Below are positions 25,162-36,883 of a DNA stretch of 64,000 nucleotides, in pieces. Position 1 is the stretch's first letter. Each line of letters begins with the position of its first letter. The DNA is from Schizochytrium sp. TIO01 (taxonomy: Eukaryota > Protista > Bigyra: Labyrinthulomycetes). Where the stretch lies: assembly GCA_004764695.1 (NCBI GenBank), contig SMSO01000033.1, positions 372,001 through 436,000 on the forward strand, given 5' to 3'. Below the pieces are notes generated by a model. It did not search any database and was not told the DNA's origin. It saw nothing but the letters and a program-made list of their open reading frames with translations. The translations under genes and the position numbers were made by a program.

Positions 25162-27012
25162 ATGAATCGGTATAAGCTTACGAATCAACTGGGCGATGGT
25201 ACATATGGAAGCGTGCTCAAAGCAGTAAATAAGTCTACAGGAGAAATTGTGGCAATCAAAAAAATGAAGAAACCGTTTCGAACATGGGAAGAATGCATGA
25301 ACTTGCGGGAGGTCATGTCGCTGAAGAAATTGAACCACCCGAATATTGTCAAACTCAAAGAAGTTATTCGTGAAAATGACGAGCTTTATTTCGTATTCGA
25401 GCACATGTCAGAGAACCTTTATGAGAACATGAAGGGGCGTACAAAAATGTTCCCGGAAGCAACCATTCGGAATTGCATATATCAGATTCTGCAGGGCTTA
25501 GCCTTCATGCACAAACACGGTTTCTTCCACCGTGACATCAAACCTGAAAACCTTCTGTGCCGTGGCGAAGCCGTGAAGATTGCGGACTTTGGGTTGGCCC
25601 GCGAAATTCGCTCTCGTCCACCCTACACAGAATATGTATCAACACGCTGGTATCGCGCCCCTGAAGTTCTCCTGCGTTCCACGTCTTACAACTCTCCCAT
25701 TGATTTGTGGGCCTGCGGTTGTATTATGGCAGAGCTGTTTACCTTAAGGCCCCTTTTCCCTGGAAGCAGTGAACCTGATGAAATTTTCAAGATTTGCAGC
25801 GTGCTTGGCTCCCCCACACATCAGAGCTGGCCGGAAGGCATGAAACTTTCAACTGCCATGAACTTCAAGTTTCCACAATTTGTTGCAACTCCACTCGATC
25901 AGCTCATTCCACAAGCCAGTCCAGAAGCTATTAACCTGATTCAAGAGCTTTTACGATACGACCCGAAAAAGCGGCCTACAGCTTCGCAAGCATTACAGCA
26001 TCCCTTCTTCTCTAAAAACCTGAAAATTCCACCTCCTATCAGTGACTTGAGTGCATCTAAAGAGAACCTTGCACGACAAGCGCAGTCAGATATGTCTTCT
26101 ATCGAGCATACCACTCATTTCACGCCCTCCTCACTATCATCCGCACAGAAGTCGACAAACAACCCGACACTAGGGTCTTCCACTGTTGCCCAAGCTCTTG
26201 AAGCAGCGCACAAAGCAGATGACAACTCAGAATTTGATGAAGATTTTGCCGGTACAGAGTCTGCAGTAAGTTCAGGATTTGGTTCATCAACTTTCACCAG
26301 CGGTGCAGCAAGCAACATGGGCAAGGCCTTCGCTGGAACACCTCATGGATTTGGTACCGCGATCACATCTCCACTACCTGGTCAAAGTCAGGCTTCACCT
26401 GGGTCAAACCTTGTGGGATATACATCTCCGTCTGGCTTAAAACCAAGTCCGTACAGTTCCACCAATGCCAACGGCTCAAATCTATCAACTTCTGGCCATT
26501 CTGGTGGCGGGGGTGTTGCAAACACATTCACTGGAGGTAACAGCACTGTTAGTACGAGCTTTGGAACAAGCAACAATACGACTGGGGGAGCTTCCAATAG
26601 CTCGTCTAGCAGTACTGGAAACGGCTCAAGCCATGGAAGCAATTTCCGCATGTCTAGGGGTTTTGGTGCCAACGGAGCCGGTTATCACACAATGGGTTCT
26701 GGTGGAGCTTCAATACCACTAGCTAATTCCTCAAGTGCCATGGGTTCTTCACCGGCATCTTCATTTGGCCCATCATCTTTTGGTCCCTCATCTGCTCGAT
26801 CTAGCTCGCTAGCTCGTGCTGGCAACGCAAGTATTCTGGGAAAAGGAACTTACCAGAAACGATCTTTTCAGCCGTCAACGATCACGTCTGGCACCACAAG
26901 TAGCACGACCGGTCTTTCTCCTGGAGTTGTCGCAGGCGGGTCTGGATTTGCTTCTACCACGTCTGCACCATCAACGTATCAAGGCAAAGGTTTTGGGCGG
27001 CACAAGTATTAG
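25162..27012 (+). CDS. MAK: MAK/ICK (RCK family) Ser/Thr kinase
   Basis: Starts [18 protein letters not shown]; [12 protein letters not shown]; [28 protein letters not shown] as in MAK/ICK; long Ser/Gly-rich tail. Confidence 0.95.
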   Translation: MNRYKLTNQLGDGTYGSVLKAVNKSTGEIVAIKKMKKPFRTWEECMNLREVMSLKKLNHPNIVKLKEVIRENDELYFVFEHMSENLYENMKGRTKMFPEATIRNCIYQILQGLAFMHKHGFFHRDIKPENLLCRGEAVKIADFGLAREIRSRPPYTEYVSTRWYRAPEVLLRSTSYNSPIDLWACGCIMAELFTLRPLFPGSSEPDEIFKICSVLGSPTHQSWPEGMKLSTAMNFKFPQFVATPLDQLIPQASPEAINLIQELLRYDPKKRPTASQALQHPFFSKNLKIPPPISDLSASKENLARQAQSDMSSIEHTTHFTPSSLSSAQKSTNNPTLGSSTVAQALEAAHKADDNSEFDEDFAGTESAVSSGFGSSTFTSGAASNMGKAFAGTPHGFGTAITSPLPGQSQASPGSNLVGYTSPSGLKPSPYSSTNANGSNLSTSGHSGGGGVANTFTGGNSTVSTSFGTSNNTTGGASNSSSSSTGNGSSHGSNFRMSRGFGANGAGYHTMGSGGASIPLANSSSAMGSSPASSFGPSSFGPSSARSSSLARAGNASILGKGTYQKRSFQPSTITSGTTSSTTGLSPGVVAGGSGFASTTSAPSTYQGKGFGRHKY

Positions 27013-27477
27013 TAGCAAGTAGCATATTCTTTTGTTCAAATAACACTTTGTGGTATCATTTTACCCTTTTTTTTCTATTTGTTTATGAATCCTCACTATA
27101 TTACATTTCTCCAAATTTGGTCTTCGGTGTTCTATCGAAGCCTTCTTGTATTTTCCTTTTCTTGTCTATTAAATCCGAAATAGTAAGCCTTTTGAATGAT
27201 AAGTAAATACTGTAAAATTTATCAAATGCATGTGTAGAATCCTGCTATTGCGCACCAAATTTACATGTAAAAATCCAACTTCTTTCTTTTGAATTCTGAT
27301 CTCCTCTTCATTTGCAGCTTTGTCATTTAAAACAGGTCTCTGGCAATATGCATCTAGTACTACAAATGATTGCATGAGTCATGTTAACAGGGTTAACCAA
27401 AATCCACTAATCCCAAACAGCCAGACAACTCCATTCCACTTCATATAGTGTATATATATAAAATATATATATAAATG

Positions 27478-27498
27478 AGAGAGAGAGAGAGAGAGAGA
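27478..27498. repeat. (GA)n microsatellite next to a short TA run
   Basis: Tandem repeat seen directly. Confidence 0.8.
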
Positions 27499-27931
27499 TT
27501 CTCCTTGCACTACATAACCTTGGGCTGAGTAGTTCAACTTATATCACTTATTTTAAAGAGATTATGTTGTACACCTTTGGTCGTAGATGTCTTGGTACAA
27601 CAGTAAAAGAGCAAACAAAAAATGAGAATAGCGACAGAAGACGACGAAATGGGGAGGAGATTTGAACTACACAAATTTGTAATCCGCAAGTGCCGCCTGG
27701 ACGAACCATACCTCGTGCACAAAGTTTTAACGTCATTGCAAAACAATCCAGGCAGGCGGCAAGTAGAAGAACAAGAAAAACAAGGGAAGAGAAAAAACAT
27801 GTGAGAAGAAAAGAATAAGAATCGCCAAAGGAAGAAGTTTAGACTTTTGTCTTGCTACAAACTCAGGGTTAGGAAGTAAAACAAAACCAAAGCAAGACTG
27901 CTCCCCATACAAAAAGCCAGAGGCAAGGCTT

Positions 27932-29032
27932 TTACCTAGCAGCCTTGGAGACGCGCTCAAGCTCGTCCTTCTTCTTGATAGCGTAGGAGTTGGAGGAGCC
28001 CTTGGAGGCGTTGATAATTTCATCAGCGAGGCACTCAGCGATGGACTTAATGTTGCGGAAGGAGGCCTCACGGGCGCCGACGGCGATGAGGTAGATGGCC
28101 TGGTTGACGCGGCGGAAGGGGGACACATCAACAGCCTGGCGACGCACAATACCGGCGGAACCGACACGGGTGGAGTCTTCGCGGGGGCCGGCGTTGGAGA
28201 CGGCGGTGACGAGGACCTGCATGGGGTTCTGGTCGGTCATGAGGTGGATAATTTCGAGGGCGTGCTTGACAATGCGGATAGCCATGAGCTTCTTGCCAGA
28301 GTTGCGGCCGTGGAACATGAGGGCGACGACGAGGCGCTCAACAAGGGGGCACTTGGCCTTGCGGAAGCGCTTCTTCTGGTAGCGACCAGCGGTGTGCGGC
28401 ATGAAAACAGCATCGTGCTGGGTAGCGGCCAGGTAGTCCTGAAGACCGAGGTCCTCGATCTGAATGTCCGCGAAGGACCTATATTTTACCAACGATTCGC
28501 GAGAGACATTATGTCATATATTGCCAATGAGCAACAGCCAACCAAAAGGGGCCATTCGTACACCACCCGTAGAACAGTTCAGGTCAAGTCGATTAGGACC
28601 ACACCCAGATTGATCAATCGAATGAAATAAATCCACATCAGCGAAGCATCCCAAACAAGCGCCAGTCAAATCCACAGTAGTAATGAATCCATCAATAGTA
28701 ACCAATTAATAAAAGGGCAAAGACCAGTCAATATAAAGTCGACCCATCATGAAAAAGCACGCCAAGAGCACATTGTATCACATCATATCACATCGCAATC
28801 ATCATCCCGTCAGTCATCAATGCTTATCACCAGAACATCACGTATATATCCCTCGGGTAAAGGGCCCTTCGCCACAGCCAGCCACCAAGTGACCACTCAT
28901 GCCATGGATGGCCATCTTAGCCAACTCCACCGTCAGAGCTGCGAGATGCCACCGCCGCAGGGCGAAACCGAGTCCTTTCCTCTCGAACGCCACGTACCAC
29001 TTGTTGAAGAGCTTGATCTCCGTTGCCGCCAT
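27932..29032 (-). CDS. RPS5: 40S ribosomal protein S5 (uS7); complement(join(27932..28478,28998..29032))
   Basis: Exon 1 [12 protein letters not shown] with the Trp codon split TG|G by a 519-nt GTACGT..TAG intron. Exon 2 has [42 protein letters not shown] and [11 protein letters not shown]. Confidence 0.97.
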
Positions 29033-30018
29033 CGTGCTAGTAGCTTGCCACGCTGCAAGACAGACCTCTTCGATCGATGTTTTGGTTTCCACTGCGCCCG
29101 CCAACCCCCTTGCTGTTCCCTTAATTCCCTCTCCTTCCTTCGCCACCATGACTATTCCCCATATTCCCCAGGGTTAGGGTATCGCGACTCGGTGGCGAAG
29201 AGAGAGGCCGAAACGTCAGAGGTTTCGCTGTAACGCTGAACGTAACGTGCGACAGTGGCCTGAGCCAAAATGGGTTGTGCAGGACGTTTCAAAGGAAAGT
29301 GGGTCGCGTTAGAGCAGTTACAAATAAAGCGGTTGGCTTGTTGCGGAAGTTAGAGAAGCGCCGATCATTGTCAGAAACGATGCTGGAAATGGAGGAATGA
29401 ATAAGCAGAATGGGAGGCCCGCTGAGATTTGATGCCTGCGAGAGAGTAGTTGGAGGAGTGGGGGGTCGAGTGGTGGTCTGTCTCAGCCGATAACTTTGGA
29501 GAGCATGACAGTATGATACGGAGCAGTGTTTGACGATTTAGAGGCTTTATGACTGATCGTCGAGGGAATTGGCAGTCAGTCGCCTATATCCGCACGGATA
29601 CTATAGGCTAAAGGATATCTTACTATAGGATGATTAATTTAGAAAGTAGAACAAATGACGGATAAGTAGCGCAAATTGGCGCCAGATCAGAAGCTGAAGA
29701 AGGCAGAGAGAGAAGAAGAAAACCTGAAGAGTACAACAGTTCGCGCATCCCGATCGCGAGTAGTCCACTATCAAGGCGACCACGGGTTGGGAAGCGTTGG
29801 AGGAAGCCGCGCGGGTGCTGCTTGCCGTGCTGGCCGTGCTCGCAGCCTGGCTCTGGACCGAGGTGGCGTCGTCTGCCGCGGCAACCGCGCCTTCAGCCGG
29901 TAGCGGTGCTTCCGTGTTGTCGGGGTCGAGGGCGCGAAGGGCGTCGAGCGCTACTCTTATATCGAGCACCTTTGCGTGCACTGCTTTTGCAGAGTCTTTT
30001 GGTCGCGAGGAGAGTGAA

Positions 30019-30841
30019 ATGAAGGCCCTAGGAAGAGTGTCGAGGCCGAGGCAGGGCTCACAAGCTTCTTCGCAACAGCAGCAACCTGGGAAACCTTCAT
30101 CGGCTTCGAATAGTAGATCTTCGACGACAGGATCTTCTTCTATGCCTAAAAACCCTGAGGACAACGCCATGATGACTCAAGAGGCCTTAACCACTCTGCG
30201 CAATTACAGATCGCAAAATTTGAAGGATTATAATATAATGGTTGAGTACAAGATGCTCAAGGAGGATGCACCACGTGGCGTGTACTTGCTGCCGGCACAG
30301 GATAACTTGAGGGAGTACTTTGGTGTAATTTTTGTAGAGGCAGGGCTGTACAGAGGTGCCATATTTAGGTTTCGCGTGGAGCTGTCAAAGCAGTACCCCT
30401 CGAATGGTGCCTTGCCCCGTGTGTACTTTGTCTCGCGTGTATTTCACCCTTATGTGCATCCATCGAGTGGCGACTTGAATATGAACGCAGGCTTCCCCTC
30501 ATGGCACACGCCAGAACACACCTTGGGCTCCATGCTTGCCTTTGTGAAACAAATATTTTACCTTCAAGACTACGGAGTGCCGGATCCGACAAACTTTCAG
30601 GCCGCCCAGCTTTGGACTCGTAACCAGAATTCGTTCTTGCAGCGTGTAGAGGACTGCGTAAGCTTGTCCATCGAGAAACGTTTGAAGAACGATACTGAGT
30701 CTACTATCCGCTTCACAGAATTTAACTCAACTCACAATGTGATTCGGGATGAGATCCTTCGTCGCGGGGCGCGACGAACTCCAATGTCTAAGGGTGGGTC
30801 TGGAGCTAAGCTTGATCAAGCTCTTCCTCAGCAGCAGCAGC

Positions 30842-30873
<32 letters not shown>

Positions 30874-31041
30874 GAGGGCAAGCCACGACAGCAGGAGATC
30901 AAGGAAGACTTGGGCACGCCTGAGAAGTCTTTTGATGAGAAACCGCCTTCTCCTGTGCCGTTTCCTCGTGATCTCGTCCACGAACGGTCTGAAAGCATTG
31001 ATGATGGAGATTCTGATGGAGCCGAGCCTGACCATGTCTAA
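30019..31041 (+). CDS. AKTIP: AKTIP/FTS-like ubiquitin-conjugating enzyme variant (catalytically inactive E2 fold)
   Basis: EYKMLKEDAPRGVYLLP, YFGVIFVEAGLYRGAIFRF and FHPYVHPSSGDLNMNAGFPSW with no active-site Cys, matching the AKTIP pattern as recalled. First in-frame ATG is at 30019. Confidence 0.85.
30828..30872 (+). repeat. Coding (CAG)n polyglutamine tract in the AKTIP-like gene
   Basis: Tandem CAG with one CGG interruption. Confidence 0.9.
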
Positions 31042-31431
31042 GGTGCTCCGAGCCTGTATGTAACCTTTCTACAATCAAAGAATCGCATTTACTACTATCT
31101 GCTATCAAAAAAGTAAGATGTTTACACTTTTTGTTCTGCTTACCATATTTGTCTATATGACTTCAGCACGTCAGGTTCACACCAGGTGAGGTCCTCTTGA
31201 TTTTATTTGTTTGTATTATGCTAATGCATACAGTGGTAGCTACCTCAGCTGCTTTTGTCTGTACTTTAGGTCCAATTCAAAAAATATTTGTTGATGAAGC
31301 CTAGTACTTTCTTTGATGATTTTATGAAGAAATTCCATACCAAGGTGATATTCTAATTTTACTTTTGAGTTTGAGGATGAAAACTATGATATTGGTGAGA
31401 GAACAGCCAATTAATATAATAACATGTCAGA

Positions 31432-32538
31432 TCAGGGCATTGATGGATTGGGGTCCTCAACTCTCATTGACACAATTTCGATATAGTCGACGAGGGAATT
31501 ATAGCTGTCGCCCTTGTTGGGAGCCTTATGCATCATATCAACCACAGCGTGGCCCTCAACTACCTTTCCAAAGCATGAATCTGCCTCGCTTGGCAGATCG
31601 TAAGAGGTTTGCCCTCCTGGGCCATGGTTCCTTGTGTTGTCTACTGTAGAGATATAGAAATCAGGCCCTCCAGGTCTTCCTGCAAGACCGATTGTGTACT
31701 TGACATGCTTGTAGTCATCACTATACTCCTGAAACGGAATCGACTCCCCCTGCATAGGAAGTTCCTTGAACCTCCTGTGCAAACCCTTATGAGTCGGCGA
31801 CTGGGGGCTAGCCTGAAGAACATGATGCGCATTTCTAATAAAAGAGCAGCCATCCCAAAGCCCAGCCTCCACCTGATTTAAGAAGTAGTTTACTGCTGTC
31901 GGCATAACATCCACACTCGCCATTTCCATAATAACATCTCCCTCAAAATCCTTTTCTACACTGTCTCCAGCCTTTGGAATTCTGACCTTCATCCGTACGC
32001 GAATCCTCTCTTGGGAAGGGTATCTTTGTCGAAGAGCGAATCGACTTGCGCTGGACATAGCATCTTGAAGTGTTGAAATCTGCTTCTGGCGAGCCCTGTC
32101 CTTGACTAAAAGTTTGTTCTTTTCAGAGACGCATGCTGAATCCTCGCTGCGGTCCTCCAGACGTGCTTGACACTTGCGGACGTCTTCTTCAGCATGCGCA
32201 AGAAGAGCCCTGGTCTCCTCGAGCTCTGAAGCAGTGCGATCGAGACGCACCGCAAGTAGCTCCGCGGGCTCTGAAGGTCGCAGAAAGAATCCTGAGGGTG
32301 GGTCTCCGCCTGAAAGGCCCTTTTGGCCCGAAAGAGAAGAGGCGCGAAGCTCATGAAGAGCGGCGCGGCTCGAAAGAGAAGCAGCTTCGAGTTCAAGGCA
32401 CCGCTGGTACGTGGCACCCAGGAGCATGAGAAGCACCAAGACGAGACCGCCAAGCACTAAGACTGGCCATCCTGGCGACCCCGAGGATCCTGGAGTACGG
32501 GAAAGAGGGGCCCGACGGCGGGATGCGTAAGCGTCCAT
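31432..32538 (-). CDS. Type II membrane protein with coiled-coil stalk and C-terminal cyclophilin-like domain
   Basis: TM segment VLVLGGLVLVLLMLLGA and heptad region, then cyclophilin-like motifs PTAVNYFL..GLWDGCSFIR..VLQ, YTIGLAG..GGPDFYIS and FGKVVEG..VVD. Confidence 0.8.
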   Translation of the reverse strand: MDAYASRRRAPLSRTPGSSGSPGWPVLVLGGLVLVLLMLLGATYQRCLELEAASLSSRAALHELRASSLSGQKGLSGGDPPSGFFLRPSEPAELLAVRLDRTASELEETRALLAHAEEDVRKCQARLEDRSEDSACVSEKNKLLVKDRARQKQISTLQDAMSSASRFALRQRYPSQERIRVRMKVRIPKAGDSVEKDFEGDVIMEMASVDVMPTAVNYFLNQVEAGLWDGCSFIRNAHHVLQASPQSPTHKGLHRRFKELPMQGESIPFQEYSDDYKHVKYTIGLAGRPGGPDFYISTVDNTRNHGPGGQTSYDLPSEADSCFGKVVEGHAVVDMMHKAPNKGDSYNSLVDYIEIVSMRVEDPNPSMP

Positions 32539-33255
32539 CGATCGGACCTCAGATCAGCTAGGCATGAACGTTTCCGAGCGTCGCTATGGACCAATGCAGG
32601 AGTTAATTTGGCTTTGATGTCGGATCTCCTCTGGCACAATAGGTGACTATGCAAGTTCTAGTGATTATTAGATTCTACTATTATTTATTATTTTGAACTA
32701 ATTAAAAATATAAGAATAAAAGATAAAGTATTTTATAAACCGTTCTTTCGATGAAAAGGTGTTCGTTCGCTCCTGATTAGAAATGTTTGTCACGAACTGA
32801 GATAAGAGCTAAGAAAGATGCTGCGCAGTCGCAGAATCAAGCCAGTGATGAAGACACTCTATAGTTGCAAATCAAGACGCAACCTGAGACTGCGGATATT
32901 ATATGCCAATGATAAGTACTCATTGTATATAACCTAGACTTTTACTTTTTATTTGGGATTAGCAATGAATTTAACATTTTTATTTTTATTTTTATTTTTA
33001 AATTAACTTAGAAATTAAATTAAAAAATATAGATCGAAAAAGGACAAGTCGATATTAAAATTAAGACGTTATGGGCCTTTATACTGATGGTTAGGATATG
33101 TGTTGGAGTTTGGAGATCTCCATCGCGTTCCACAAGCCCAGATCATATATGCTGAGGACCATCGCAGAAGCTCTGAGCGGCGTTGAGCCGACCTCCAAGA
33201 CAGTCCTGAGCTTTAATTGAAGGCCTTAAAGTGGTGTTGTCACTTTTGGTACCGA

Positions 33256-35004
33256 ATGCGGCGAGGTTTAGATGCCGCGAAGGAGGCGGAGGCGGCACAT
33301 GTGGCGGTTCAAGCCGTGGTAGCAAACAACGGATGGAGTCATAACAAAGACATCGAGACATGCGGGGCATTAGTACTTCAGAGACAAGGCATCGCAAAAA
33401 TAGGTTCCAGCCTAGAATTATTTACAAACCTGGTGCGGCTAGACCTTTCGCGAAACATGCTCACAAGCCTTGACGGCCTTGGACATCTTTCCAACCTTGA
33501 GGAGCTGAATGTGTACCTGAACAAGATTGATGATGCTCGAGAAATACTAAAACTCAGAAAACTTCCGGAGCTTCGAAAGCTTGACGCGAGACTAAACCCA
33601 GTCGTCAGGTCCCGGCTATACCGAAGCTTTGTAGTCCAACACCTTGAAGACCTCGAGGATCTTGATGAGCAACCTGTGAGTGCATTCGAGCGACGAAAAG
33701 CGAATGAGCTGCCCCCCATAGCTGCAGGAGATCTACAACCAAACCTTGACAGCGACGATGAAGGTGAAACGAGTGATGAAACTAGTGACAGAGATAGTGA
33801 TAGTGACGAAGGCAACGAAACAAATGAACGTAATGGTCCGGAGGTTCTGCCGAATCATCAACAGCGGTTCCAGGAGCATGGCCGAGATCATCAAGTCCAA
33901 TTGAAGCTCCAGGATCAAAGTCAGAACCACTATCAGGAGGAAGACTATAGTGACTCTGATGATGAGGACGAGGAGGACGAAGAGGACATTGATAGGACGG
34001 ATTACAAAAGCCTAGTTCTAGATCGGGATGAAGTCGGTCATAGTAAAGTAGTAGCATATGCCGGCCACGATGCCTCGCAAGAGGATTTGAGGAAATCAAA
34101 CCTTTCTAACTCGCCTTCTGAGCGCACGATGAACAGCCAAAGACCTTCTTCGGCCCTCGCTGCGTCGAGGTTGTCAATGAGGAGCGACTCTGTAAAACAT
34201 AATAAAGAGAATGCAAATTCTGCCCAGAAGAACCTTGACACCTCAACAGCATCGGCGCCAGTCAAGTTGAGCAGGTCCACTGGAGGGCAAAAGGCAGTGG
34301 CATCTAAACGACCACATGTAAAAATTATCGAGCCAGCACAGGAAATTCACTCCTGGGCAGGATTGCAGCAGAAGAAGGAATCAACAATGTCACTAGCTGA
34401 GGCAGAGGATGAGGGTGAGGCAGAATCTGTTCTTAATGCAGATCAAGTTCTCCTAGAACTCTTGAGACACATGCGCTCGCTACGCATGCCTGTAACGCAA
34501 TCAAGCTGGGAAGACACTGTGGCAGGGGTTAATGAACGCCTGGTGCGTCTTGTACAGTCGCGGAAAACAGAAAAGCAATCTTGGGAGGCAGAAAGGCAGT
34601 CACATCGAAATACGGTTGCACGTTTCAACCAAGAGCGGAGTGCTCTTTCAAATACGGAACGTACTTTACGTGAGCAGCTTGAATTATTAGCCGATCGATG
34701 CACAGCCTTGGAACACGAAAAGGCTGCAGTGGAGGGTCGCCTTCAGATTGCAGAGGAAACAAATCAAAGACAAACCGCTGCTGCAGCCCATGCTGCATCA
34801 ACACGTGAATCTGACGAGGATAGTAAAGCTCTGGCCAATATGCTTAAGGAGAGTCACAGCGCCTTGATTGCAACGAACGAGACTCTTCGCTCTCAACTTC
34901 ACGACCTTAAGGAGCAGTATGAAGCAGACGAGGCGCAATGGCAACGCAACTTCAATAATTTGCGCCACACGATAAGCTCTCTCACTCCATCTCAAGAAAA
35001 TTAA
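33256..35004 (+). CDS. CEP72: CEP72/LRRC36-like leucine-rich-repeat centrosomal protein
   Basis: N-terminal LRRs plus LRRcap (LDLSRNMLTSLDGL..LNVYLNKI..LDARLNPVV..YRSFVVQHL..LDEQPV..ERRKA). C-terminal coil MLKESHSALIATNETL..L resembles the CEP72 C-terminal motif as recalled. Confidence 0.8.
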   Translation: MRRGLDAAKEAEAAHVAVQAVVANNGWSHNKDIETCGALVLQRQGIAKIGSSLELFTNLVRLDLSRNMLTSLDGLGHLSNLEELNVYLNKIDDAREILKLRKLPELRKLDARLNPVVRSRLYRSFVVQHLEDLEDLDEQPVSAFERRKANELPPIAAGDLQPNLDSDDEGETSDETSDRDSDSDEGNETNERNGPEVLPNHQQRFQEHGRDHQVQLKLQDQSQNHYQEEDYSDSDDEDEEDEEDIDRTDYKSLVLDRDEVGHSKVVAYAGHDASQEDLRKSNLSNSPSERTMNSQRPSSALAASRLSMRSDSVKHNKENANSAQKNLDTSTASAPVKLSRSTGGQKAVASKRPHVKIIEPAQEIHSWAGLQQKKESTMSLAEAEDEGEAESVLNADQVLLELLRHMRSLRMPVTQSSWEDTVAGVNERLVRLVQSRKTEKQSWEAERQSHRNTVARFNQERSALSNTERTLREQLELLADRCTALEHEKAAVEGRLQIAEETNQRQTAAAAHAASTRESDEDSKALANMLKESHSALIATNETLRSQLHDLKEQYEADEAQWQRNFNNLRHTISSLTPSQEN

Positions 35005-35719
35005 TGACCTCATTTAATAGCTGTAAAATGACATTTACTTTACATTATATTATTCACTTTAAATTATACCCTAACAAATAAGTCAAGCAGCTGAATTTGA
35101 GACTTTCCGTAGCAAGCAGTGAAGATGGCAACTAGCGAATAAGTTTTTAACAAAGCAACTTCTATATTTTTTTTTTAATTCGAGACTAAAAGTGCTTAAT
35201 CATCACGTCACTGGAATACTCGCAATCTCAATTCGGCCATCCGCAACGATACCTTCCAACAATTTGTACATTGCATAATAACAAAAATTATGCTCTAAAA
35301 TTTTAAACATCCCATTACATACTGGTATTTGCTAACTTGTTGGTAACAATTCTTCGCATTATACTTTCACAAAGGGAAAACTGATCATAGCAAGTACCAA
35401 GATGTACCAACCTTCGCAGCTAGCAACATCAATTGATCATCTAGAGTGATATTGTGATCGTTTTTACGTTCAAGAAGTGACAAAGCGGTACAAGAAGGGT
35501 CATAAAGTAAAACAATCAAATGAGCAACATAGAAGCGAAATCAGTAAATCATTTTCCTATAAAAGACGAGGCGTCGAGTTTGATATGGTATGTGCATGTC
35601 CTCCGCAAAGAGTCAGGAGCGAGAGTGACGTGACAAAAGGTGACGACATCAAAGACTGCGTCCCAAAGTGGGTCGCATACTTGCGCAAGTAAACGTGTGG
35701 CTGGGTTATCTAGTGGAGT

Positions 35720-36883
35720 TTATGCCGATGTCCTCTGCTGGCAGGAGAGGAAGGAAGTGGCAAAAGCGGCAACAGCGGCAACACCACCGAGAGCAAACAA
35801 CAAGGAGGGTCCCTGGAGGGAGGCAGCCTGAAGGCGCTGCTGGAAGGTAGGCTTGAAGCTGGTAGGCTTCTCGTTCTTGTCCTCATGAAGGTATTCAGCA
35901 ATGAGGACAGCGTTGAGAGCAGCACCACGGAGGAGCTGATCACCGCAGACAAAGAGGTCGAGACCACGGTCTCCAAAGACCGGGTTGGCACGAACGCGGC
36001 CAGCCTCAACGTCATACTTAGCAGTGGCATTGAGGGGCATAGGGTACTTCTTCTCCTCAGGAACATCAACAAGCTGAACACCAACAGCCTCGTCAATGAG
36101 CTTCTTGGCCTTTTCAACGTCCACCGGAGCCCAGGTCTCCACGGTGAGGGCCTCAGCGTGAGCACGAAGAGTTGGGATGCGCACAGCAGTGCACGAGACC
36201 TGAAGGTCAGGCTCGCCGAAGATCTTGCGGGTCTCCCATACGACCTTCATCTCCTCGCGAGTGTACGCGTTCTCCTGGAAGGTGTCGATGTGCGGGATCA
36301 CGTTGAAGGCAAGAGGGTACGCAAAGGTGTTCACCTCGAGTGCGTTGCCCTTGACGTGGGCACGAGTCTGGTCCTCGAGCTCGGCCATTCCCTCGGCACC
36401 TGCACCACTAGCAGCCTGGTAGGTAGACACAATAAGGCGGCGGATACCGAACTCCTTGTGGAGCGGCCACAAGGCCATAGCGGCAATAGCGGTGGTGCAG
36501 TTGGGGTTGGCGATAAGCTTGGCGCCCTTGGCAACGTGTCCGTTGATCTCAGGGATCACAAGGGGGATGCCATCCATGTTGCGGAAGGCAGAGGAGTTGT
36601 CGATGACCACGGGGCCGCTTTCTGCAATGGCGGGGGCGTACTTGAGTGCGAAGGATCCGGAGACGGCCATGAAGACGACATCGAGGTTCTTGACCTTCTC
36701 GAGTGCGAACTCCTCCACAACAATCACACCAAAGTCGCCGCAGTTGATCTCCTTGCCGGCAGACTTAGCGCTGGCAAAAAGCTTGAGCTGAGTTACACCA
36801 CCAAGCTTGTCCTGGCGGTCCCCAAGCACCTTGATGAGCTCCTCACCCACGGCGCCAGTGCATCCCACGATACCCACACGCAT
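35720..36883 (-). CDS. asd: Aspartate-semialdehyde dehydrogenase (bacterial/plant type) with hydrophobic C-terminal extension
   Basis: [11 protein letters not shown] Rossmann motif, VIDNSSAFR, catalytic [40 protein letters not shown] and [13 protein letters not shown]. Confidence 0.97.
   Translation of the reverse strand: MRVGIVGCTGAVGEELIKVLGDRQDKLGGVTQLKLFASAKSAGKEINCGDFGVIVVEEFALEKVKNLDVVFMAVSGSFALKYAPAIAESGPVVIDNSSAFRNMDGIPLVIPEINGHVAKGAKLIANPNCTTAIAAMALWPLHKEFGIRRLIVSTYQAASGAGAEGMAELEDQTRAHVKGNALEVNTFAYPLAFNVIPHIDTFQENAYTREEMKVVWETRKIFGEPDLQVSCTAVRIPTLRAHAEALTVETWAPVDVEKAKKLIDEAVGVQLVDVPEEKKYPMPLNATAKYDVEAGRVRANPVFGDRGLDLFVCGDQLLRGAALNAVLIAEYLHEDKNEKPTSFKPTFQQRLQAASLQGPSLLFALGGVAAVAAFATSFLSCQQRTSA

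Noticed and set aside
28479-28997. Possible box C/D snoRNA in the RPS5 intron
   Set aside because: An AUGAUGA is present at ~28799-28805 on the minus strand, but there is no CUGA at a typical distance with a terminal stem.
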